DNA of 64,000 nucleotides from an uncultured delta proteobacterium (GTDB lineage Bacteria; Myxococcota; UBA727; VGSZ01): NCBI GenBank assembly GCA_963775425.1, contig CAVZJB010000009.1, positions 96,001 to 160,000 of the forward strand, read 5' to 3'. Shown piece by piece: positions 55,653 to 64,000 of this stretch (position 1 is its first letter; each line of letters starts with the position of its first letter). The notes under the pieces were generated by a model. It saw only the letters and a program-made list of their open reading frames with translations, ran no database searches and was not told where the DNA came from. The position numbers and the translations under genes were made by a program.

Positions 55653-55958
55653 CTACCAGGAGGCCTTGGTGACGCCGGGGAGCAGGCCGGCGAGCGCCAT
55701 CTTGCGGAAGGTGATGCGGTTCAGGCCGAACTTGCGGTAGTTGCCGCGGGGCGCGCCCGTGGCGGTGCAGCGACGCCGGCCGTGCGACGGCGAGCCGTAC
55801 CGCGGCATCTTGGTGAGGGCGAACATCGCCTCGCGCTTGTCTTCCTCGGAGAGGCTCGGATCGATGATCTTCGCCTTGAGCTCCGTGCGCTTTGCCTTGT
55901 GGCGCTTGGCGGTCTCCGCCTTGCGCTTCTCTTTGGCCACCGTCGACGTCTTCGCCAT
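55653..55958 (-). CDS. rpsN: 30S ribosomal protein S14, long Zn-independent type
   Basis: 101 aa, [30 protein letters not shown]; only one Cys. Confidence 0.95.
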   Translation of the reverse strand: MAKTSTVAKEKRKAETAKRHKAKRTELKAKIIDPSLSEEDKREAMFALTKMPRYGSPSHGRRRCTATGAPRGNYRKFGLNRITFRKMALAGLLPGVTKASW

Positions 55959-56079
55959 CGTTCCCTCGGATCCCTTGCCGCCACTCGGCGGGAACCGGTC
56001 ATGTAGGGCACGCCGGAGCCGCTGGCAAGCCCTCTCGGCGCGGTTGACGCCCGCGGGCCAAGGGGAGATTCAGCCGGCC

Positions 56080-57682
<1,603 letters not shown>

Positions 57683-57711
<29 letters not shown>

Positions 57712-57939
57712 GGATCGCGGCGGCGCGCTTCATCAAGACGGCGCGCGGGAAGAGGCGCTTGAGGTCGTGGGCGAGCTCGTCGCGTGCGCGCGCCGGATCG
57801 CTCTTGTCCTCGAGCTCCGCGCGCAGCACCAGCGCGTGCAGCACGTAGCCACGGCCGGAGCACCTTGAGCGCCACCTCGCGCCCGAGGGACGCGGTAGCG
57901 GCCGGCGAGCACCGAGCCCGGGAGCGGTTCGTCCGTCAC
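57683..57939 (-). pseudogene. Collapsed Ser/Thr kinase remnant
   Basis: Three frames give VTDEPLPGSVLAGRYRV, LGREVALKVLRP and a helical C-terminal fragment; TATGCT 7 nt before the GTG. Confidence 0.6.
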
Positions 57940-57987
57940 GGCCGGCAGCATAGCCGCGCCTCCGCCCGTCGACGACAGCGGGGCCCG

Positions 57988-58590
57988 CTACGTCTCGTCG
58001 GCGCCGATGACGAAGCGTGACGTCGAGGCGCCCTGGGGCGTGAGCGGCGCCTCGCGGCTGCCGGCGCGCACGAGCGCCGGCAGGTGCTCGACGAACGCGC
58101 GCGTGGCCGCGTCGCTCTTCGACGACGTCAGCGCCAGGTGGCGGCGGACGGGGACGAGCACGTCGTCGGCGAAGCTCCTGCAGAGGGAGCGGAACAGCGG
58201 GCTCGACGTCGCCACGGGGTAGGCCAGCTCGCGCACCACGGCGGGCCCCGGGTGCTTGCCGGCGCCGCAGATCTGCACGAGGAAGCCGGCGTCGCGGGCG
58301 GCGGCGGCGAAGCCCTCGGGGTCGCTGGTGGGCGGCGTCCACGCCGACAGCGCGGTGGCCACGAGCTTCTTCAGCAGGTCGCGGCAGGTCTGCGGGTCGG
58401 GCGCGGACACGAGCGTGTCGCGCATCGCCGTGAAGCAGTCGGCGGCGCGCGCGGGCTCGTTGCGCACGCGCAGCACGGCCTCCGCGAGGGCCTCGTCGAG
58501 GACGCTCCGGGGCTCCACCGGGCGCGTGTCGACGAGCGCGGGATCGGTGTCCTCGACGGTCGTGCCCGGAGGCGGGGCGTTCGGGTCCAT
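57988..58590 (-). CDS. Hypothetical helical protein
   Basis: GGGAG before ATG; 200-aa ORF with typical codon usage. Confidence 0.6.
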   Translation of the reverse strand: MDPNAPPPGTTVEDTDPALVDTRPVEPRSVLDEALAEAVLRVRNEPARAADCFTAMRDTLVSAPDPQTCRDLLKKLVATALSAWTPPTSDPEGFAAAARDAGFLVQICGAGKHPGPAVVRELAYPVATSSPLFRSLCRSFADDVLVPVRRHLALTSSKSDAATRAFVEHLPALVRAGSREAPLTPQGASTSRFVIGADET

Positions 58591-58665
58591 CTCCCTGTTG
58601 TACACGGCCGGCGCCGGGCGACGAAGCGCCCCCGGGCTCGACCGCTCGTGCGTCCCTGGCCGCGT

Positions 58666-58762
58666 GCGTGCGCCACGAGGGGGCGTCCCACGCGAGGGCA
58701 CAGACCCGTGGTCCCGTGCGGCCTGTGCGTGAAGACGTGGGGCGCACCCTCGTGGCGCACGC
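58666..58762. repeat. Long intergenic inverted repeat (27-bp arms)
   Basis: 58666-58692 versus 58736-58762, two mismatches. Confidence 0.8.
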
Positions 58763-58768
58763 GTTCCG

Positions 58769-60061
58769 TCAGCCGAAGGGGCCGCCGCCGCTGCCGTTGC
58801 CGCCGCCGCCGCCGCTCCCGTTGCCGCCGCCGCTCCCGTTGCCGCCGCCGTCGCCGCCGTCGCCGCCGTCACCGGTGCCGCTGTCGCCGAGGCCGCAGTC
58901 GTCGCCCGCGCCGTCGCCGGCGTGCTCGTCGTAGCCGACGTGGATGACGCCGGCCTCCTTGACCTCCTTGACGAGCACCGCACCGGCCACGTCGAGGGGG
59001 CCGGCGGCGATGAGGCGGGCGTTCGGCGCCCACAGCTCGCCTTGGAAGTCGAGGTCGCCGGCGAGCAGGATGTCGTCGCTGCCCGCGACGTACGTGCGCA
59101 CGCTCGACGGCGGGGCGCCGTCCTCGCCGAAGTCGAAGTCGCCCGACGCATGCAGCGAGCCGCCGACGAACACGTCGAGCGCCGCGGTGGGGTCCGCGGT
59201 CCTGTCGACGTGGATCTCGATGACGCTCACGCTGTCGAGGTCGCCGTCGATGTACAGCGCCGTCGGCCCGCTCACGTGGATGTCGAGGGGCGCGATGGCG
59301 CGCACGCGGTCCACGAAGTAGCGGCCCGGCGGCAGCACGAGATCCTTCGGGGCGACGAGATTGGTGAGGCCGTCGGGGTGCAGGCCGATGGCGTCGTCGT
59401 CGTTGTGCTCGCGGGCGTCGGCGATGAACGACGGCACGTCGAGCGCGCCCGCGACGTCGCACGGGCAGGGCGGGTCCACGGCCACGGGCTCGTTCACGGC
59501 GGCGCTCGACGAGACCCCGAGGCCCACCGCGCTGTCTGCCGGCGCGTGGAGCGTGCCGTCGATGTCGATGATGAAGCCGCCGATGTCGCCGCCGACGAAG
59601 GCGTCGCCGGCGACGTCGATGTCGCCGGCGGCCGTGACGTCGGCGCCGGCTCTCAGGTCGCCGGCGATCTCGTGGTGGCCGATGGGCAGGGCGCTGCCGG
59701 CGACGACGAGATCGCCGCCGATGTCGCTGTCGCCGGTCGACGTGAAGGAGCCGTTGGTGCCCACGGCCGCGCCACCGCCGTCGAGGCCGTCGATGCGCAG
59801 AACCGTCGAAAACGAGATGTCCTCGCACGTGCACAGGCCGTAGCCGAACGTCGTGGCGGAGAGATCAGCGCCGCACACCGGCGCGCCGCTCTGGGCGATG
59901 CCGACGACGCCGGACGGCGCGGCGCCGAGGTCGTGCGGCAGCGGCCGCCCTCGATGCGCCGTCGATCCGCCCTGCGGCGCGGGCGCGCAGGCGAGCGCGA
60001 GCCCGGCGATCGCGGCCGCGGTGAAGATGCGTGGGCGGGAGAGACACGGGGCGTCGGTCAT
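58769..60061 (-). CDS. Exported Gly/Asp-rich lipoprotein with beta-helix-like repeats
   Basis: LALA-C lipobox; GGDLVVAG/AGDLRAG/AGDAFVGG repeats; LWAPNA; Gly-rich tail. Confidence 0.7.
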   Translation of the reverse strand: MTDAPCLSRPRIFTAAAIAGLALACAPAPQGGSTAHRGRPLPHDLGAAPSGVVGIAQSGAPVCGADLSATTFGYGLCTCEDISFSTVLRIDGLDGGGAAVGTNGSFTSTGDSDIGGDLVVAGSALPIGHHEIAGDLRAGADVTAAGDIDVAGDAFVGGDIGGFIIDIDGTLHAPADSAVGLGVSSSAAVNEPVAVDPPCPCDVAGALDVPSFIADAREHNDDDAIGLHPDGLTNLVAPKDLVLPPGRYFVDRVRAIAPLDIHVSGPTALYIDGDLDSVSVIEIHVDRTADPTAALDVFVGGSLHASGDFDFGEDGAPPSSVRTYVAGSDDILLAGDLDFQGELWAPNARLIAAGPLDVAGAVLVKEVKEAGVIHVGYDEHAGDGAGDDCGLGDSGTGDGGDGGDGGGNGSGGGNGSGGGGGNGSGGGPFG

Positions 60062-60122
60062 GCATCACCTCGAAGCCGATCCGGTCACATCTGACCGAAA
60101 GCGGCGATCGGGCCGGCGACCC

Positions 60123-60818
60123 TCAGCCCGGCGTCGCAGCCGTCGGGCCTTCGGCGGAGAACGCGAAGACCTTGGCGGGCCGCCGCGCCGTCACCCGCTT
60201 CCCCGTCGCCGGCGCCACCACACCCTCGTCGAGGAGCGCCTGGAAGCGGCGGCGGAAGTTGCCCGGGTCCTGGGGCTTGCCGAGGACCGCGGCCCACGCC
60301 GCGCGCAGCTCGGCGAGCGTGAACGTGGCGGGGACGAGGGCGCGGGCGAAGGCGTCGACGTCGTCGCGCAGCCGCTCCAGGCACCGATCCACGATCTGTC
60401 GGTGGTCGAAGGCGAGCGTGAGCTTCGACAGGTCGCCCACGCTCCACCACTGCGTCGACGCCGCGTCGCTCCCCGCGCGCACGAACGCGGCGAGCTCCGG
60501 GCGCACAACGGCGAGGTACGCCACGGAGATCACACGCGCGCGGGGGTCGCGGTCGGGCGCGCCGGACACGTGCACCTGGCACAGCGGCAAGGACGCCGTC
60601 GGCGGCAGGTGCGTCTCCTCGAGGAGCTCGCGGCGCGCGGCGTCCTCGAGGTCCTCGCCCTGCTCGTCCTTCGACGGCCCCACGCGCACGAACCCGCCCG
60701 GCAGCGCGAGCGCGAGCGGCGGCAGCCCGCGGCGGATGAGCAGCAGCTTCAAGTCTGCGTCGAGCACCGTGAACGCGGCGACGTCGACGGCGACCAGCGG
60801 CTTCGGGTGCTCGCTCAT
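60123..60818 (-). CDS. NrtR-like NUDIX/winged-helix regulator
   Basis: LPGGFV..EDAARRELLEET, RDPRARVISVAY, LAFDH, FTLAEL..NFRR and RPA motifs. Confidence 0.9.
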   Translation of the reverse strand: MSEHPKPLVAVDVAAFTVLDADLKLLLIRRGLPPLALALPGGFVRVGPSKDEQGEDLEDAARRELLEETHLPPTASLPLCQVHVSGAPDRDPRARVISVAYLAVVRPELAAFVRAGSDAASTQWWSVGDLSKLTLAFDHRQIVDRCLERLRDDVDAFARALVPATFTLAELRAAWAAVLGKPQDPGNFRRRFQALLDEGVVAPATGKRVTARRPAKVFAFSAEGPTAATPG

Positions 60819-61318
60819 GGCGCCTCGCCCGCTTCGAGGGGGGCATCGTCGCTGCGCGCGTCGCCGTCGTGGCGCGCGCGCGTCGCCAGCCAAGCCGGGA
60901 ACACGAGGGAGGGCAGCGCGAGGAGGTCGGTCGGGTCGACGACGAAGCTCACGCGCGCGAGCGCCGGCACCGCGCGGCCCGCGATCGCGGCGGCGACGGC
61001 GCGCACCGGCCACTGCAGCGCCGAGATGCCGGCGCGATACAGCTCCGCCGCCGGCGCCCACGTCTTCGCCAGCGCGAAGAAGCACCCCGTGACGACGACG
61101 CACGCCAGGCGCGCGCGCGTTGACAGGCGCCGGCGCGCGAGCACCTCGACGAGCGACCACAGGAGCACCGGGAAGAACACGAGGCCGGCGGCGTCCGAGA
61201 GCTTGCCGGTGACCGTGCCCGGGAACGCGGCCTTGAGCACGTGGTCGTTCACGAGGAGCAGCGCGAGCGCGGCGAGGACCGCGGGGTGGAGCATGGTGGC
61301 ACCCGGTGACGCGCGCAC
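60815..61318 (-). CDS. Hypothetical membrane protein
   Basis: LLLVNDHVLK..TGKLSD..DPTDLLAL; TATGTT 7 nt before GTG; overlaps the NUDIX gene. Confidence 0.7.
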   Translation of the reverse strand: MRASPGATMLHPAVLAALALLLVNDHVLKAAFPGTVTGKLSDAAGLVFFPVLLWSLVEVLARRRLSTRARLACVVVTGCFFALAKTWAPAAELYRAGISALQWPVRAVAAAIAGRAVPALARVSFVVDPTDLLALPSLVFPAWLATRARHDGDARSDDAPLEAGEAP

Positions 61319-61453
61319 GCCGCGCAACATAGCGCGCCGGGAGCGCCCGGCGACCGGGAGCGTGCGACCGGGCCGCGCGCGCGACGACGACGGCGGCGGC
61401 GGGGGCGCGCCGCCGCCGATGTGCCGCTGCCGATGTGCCGCTACACTCCGTCG

Positions 61454-62824
61454 ATGCGCTCCCTGTTTTCCCCGCGCCCCTCGCACGACGAAGCGCTCGC
61501 CGGCCTCGACGACGCCGACCGCGCCCGCATCGAGGAGCTCTTCGATGCGCTCGAACGCCGCCCCGGCGACCTGCGCGCCCGCCGGCGGCTCGGCGACGCC
61601 TTCCGCTCGGCCAACAAGCTCGACGAAGCGGTGGAGCAATACCAGGCGCTCGTCGGCGCCTACGCCGCGCAGGGCCTGCTGTTTCGGGCCATCGCGGCCT
61701 GCAAGCTCATCCTCGAGCTGCGCCCCGACGACGACCAGACCAGCCACACCCTCGCCGAGCTCTACGGCCGGCGCACCGCGGGCAAGGAGTCGGCGGAGCT
61801 GTCGGGGCCCATGAGCGCCGCGCTCGTCTCCGACGACAGCGATCCCGTCTCCATCCCCGACGGCGCCGTCGTCATGATGCCGCCGCCGCTGCCCCCCGAC
61901 GCGGACGACGACGAGGTCGTCGACGTCAGCGCCCTCGCCGCCGCCCTTACGCCGCTGCCCGAGGGCGCGGTCCGCCTCGAGCGGCCGCCGGCGGTGCCGC
62001 TGTTTTCGGGGCTGTCGCCGGCGAGCTTCCAGCAGGTGGTCAAGCGCCTCACGGCCTGGGAGGCCGACGCCGACGCCGTCATCGTCGGCGAGGGCGAGGA
62101 GAGCGACGGCGTCTTCGTCGTCGTCCGCGGCCGCGTGCGCGTCGAGCGCCAGGGCGTGGTGCTCGCCACCCTCGGCCCCGACAGCTTCTTCGGCGAGATG
62201 GCGCTGTTGTCGAAGAAGCCGCGGGCGGCCACCGTCATCGCCGAGGTGAAGACGGAGCTTCTCGAGATCCCCAAAGACGTCCTCACCGATCTCGTCGCCG
62301 ACGACCCCGGCGTGGCCCAGGCGCTCGACCACTTCAACCGCGCGCGCCTGCTCGAAAACCTCTCCCACGTCTCGCCGCTGTTGCAGGAGCTGCCGCGCGA
62401 CGTCGTCGACGGCGCCCTCGCCGCGTTCGGCGGCAAGCGCGCCGCCGCCGGCAACAAGCTCGTCGAAGAGGGCGGGGAGGGCCCCGGGCTCTTCGTCGTC
62501 CTCTCGGGCGAGCTCGACGTCACCGGCGCCGGCACCAAGGGCGCGCCCGGGATGCAGATGCGCCTGAAGAGGCTGGGCCCCGGCGACGTCTTCGGCGAGA
62601 TGAGCCTGCTGTCCGGTGCGCCGGCGTCGGCGTCGGTGACCGCCGCGTCCGATTGTGCGCTCCTGTTCCTCGACAAGGAGGCGTTCGCGGCGTTCGCGCG
62701 CGCGCACCCGGCGCTCGAGGAGAGGCTGAAGGAGCTGGCGTCGTCGCGCGCCGCCTTCAACGCGCGCTGGCGTCCCGACGACGCCGATATCCCCGACGAG
62801 ACCTCGTCGGCGATCCTGGTGTAG
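61454..62824 (+). CDS. TPR plus tandem cyclic-nucleotide-binding domain protein
   Basis: Two FGEM(A/S)LL motifs (PRAATV; PASASV); N-terminal TPR-like helices. Confidence 0.9.
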   Translation: MRSLFSPRPSHDEALAGLDDADRARIEELFDALERRPGDLRARRRLGDAFRSANKLDEAVEQYQALVGAYAAQGLLFRAIAACKLILELRPDDDQTSHTLAELYGRRTAGKESAELSGPMSAALVSDDSDPVSIPDGAVVMMPPPLPPDADDDEVVDVSALAAALTPLPEGAVRLERPPAVPLFSGLSPASFQQVVKRLTAWEADADAVIVGEGEESDGVFVVVRGRVRVERQGVVLATLGPDSFFGEMALLSKKPRAATVIAEVKTELLEIPKDVLTDLVADDPGVAQALDHFNRARLLENLSHVSPLLQELPRDVVDGALAAFGGKRAAAGNKLVEEGGEGPGLFVVLSGELDVTGAGTKGAPGMQMRLKRLGPGDVFGEMSLLSGAPASASVTAASDCALLFLDKEAFAAFARAHPALEERLKELASSRAAFNARWRPDDADIPDETSSAILV

Positions 62825-62834
62825 CTTCGTCGCC

Positions 62835-63758
62835 GTGCCGGCCAAGAAACAGTGGACCCTCCGCCCCTTCGCCGCCGCGGACAAAGCGGGCGTGCAGAAG
62901 CTGTGGGCCGGCGTCGCCAGCTTCGACGGCAGCACCCCGGCGCGCACCACCGGCGAGATCGACGCGCTGCTCGCGCACCCCGCGCACCTTGGCGGAAAGC
63001 ACTGGCGCGTCGCCGTCGCCGGCAACGGCGCGGTGGTGGGCGCGCTCGAGATCGGCTTCATCGGGACGGTGCGCACCGAGGTGGTCCTCGCGGTGAACCC
63101 CGCGTGGCGCCGGCAGGGCATCGGCCGCGCGCTCCTGGACGAAGCGCCGCAGGACCGCCGGCTGCTCGTCACAAGCCGCGCCGGCGTGCAGGGCGCGGCG
63201 GAGCTCCTCGAGAGCGCCGGCTTCTCCGAGCGGTTCCGCGAGGCGCGCATGCGCAGGAAGGCCAAGGGGCTCACGCCCATGGAGATCCCCGACGGCGCCG
63301 TCGTCGTCGCCGACAAGAGCGGCGACGCCGACCGCTGCCTCGCCGCCCTCGCCACCGTCTTCGGCGACGACGCCGAGAAGGACCGCGGCCTGGTCGCCGC
63401 GTGGCTCGCCCGGCCCGGCTGCCGCGCGCTCTACCTCTCCGTCGCCCGGCGCGACTACGGCATCTGCCTCGTCGCCGGCAGCGACCACGCCAAGCGCAGC
63501 GAGCGCAACCCGGCGGGCGAGCCCACCGTCGGGGTCGTCGAGCGCGTCGGCCTCGGCAAGGCCGTGCGCGGCAAGGGCATGTCCCGCCCGCTGGTGCGCG
63601 CGGGCCTCGTCGAGCTTCAGCGCGCGGGCTTCACCGATCTCGAGGTCGTCGCCGACCGCCGCCGCGAGTCCGCCGTGGAGCTCTACGAAGCCGAGGGCTT
63701 CGCCGTCGTCGACGACGACGTCCATTGGATCAAGCGCGAGCCCTGGGCAAAAGACTAG
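62835..63758 (+). CDS. Tandem GNAT acetyltransferase
   Basis: VNPAWRRQGIGRALL and VRGKGMSRPL..AVELYEAEGF motifs. Confidence 0.88.
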   Translation: MPAKKQWTLRPFAAADKAGVQKLWAGVASFDGSTPARTTGEIDALLAHPAHLGGKHWRVAVAGNGAVVGALEIGFIGTVRTEVVLAVNPAWRRQGIGRALLDEAPQDRRLLVTSRAGVQGAAELLESAGFSERFREARMRRKAKGLTPMEIPDGAVVVADKSGDADRCLAALATVFGDDAEKDRGLVAAWLARPGCRALYLSVARRDYGICLVAGSDHAKRSERNPAGEPTVGVVERVGLGKAVRGKGMSRPLVRAGLVELQRAGFTDLEVVADRRRESAVELYEAEGFAVVDDDVHWIKREPWAKD

Positions 63759-64000
63759 CTCGTCTGGGCCCGCGCCTCGGAGGGTGACGAGCAATCTAAT
63801 CCATCGGCGACGCGCGCGGTACAGCCGGCCCGACGCGGGAAAGGCGCCGAAGGCGCGCGGCGTAGACACTCTCGGCGGGGCAGGACGTCGTCGTCGGCGA
63901 GGAACGCCCTCCCGCCCGTGCATGTCGTCACGCCGCTGGGCTCAAAGGGTGACGCGCAACGTGATCCGTCGGCGCCGGCGCCTCGGCGCGGCCAGTCCAT

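Noticed and set aside
63759-64000. 81-aa minus-strand ORF at the window end
   Set aside because: Atypical composition, no motif, and context cut by the window edge

Overview
Very GC-rich (about 70% or more by eye), gene-dense bacterial window with Myxococcota-like content: Cys-rich lipoproteins, an ECF sigma/anti-sigma cassette, and FHA and Ser/Thr kinase proteins. The lineage is inferred, not proven. The main feature is a partial type III secretion cluster on the minus strand (14.1-26.6 kb): double-FHA/TPR protein, sctN, sctO, small ORF, sctP/fliK-like, terC, sctQ, fliO-like, sctRST. No sctU/V/J/D/L/C, needle or translocon genes are visible in the window. A TerC gene is coupled to sctQ, and a frameshifted membrane-protein gene lies antisense between sctN and sctO. 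Also present: an interrupted reductive pyrimidine catabolism cluster (hydA, NCS1, preT, preA), an orphan Zn-independent rpsN, and housekeeping enzymes. Non-coding or decayed features read from the sequence: a -10 box (TANNNT) 6-7 nt before the start codon of 16 genes (probable leaderless mRNAs), a four-copy REP-like repeat (GATC-bounded in three copies), two IS1182-like relics, a collapsed kinase pseudogene, a structured RNA candidate after sctT, and an in-frame TGA separating an AlkZ-like gene from a histone-like tail. No rRNA, tRNA or CRISPR array was recognised. All family calls come from motif recognition by eye; no searches were run.
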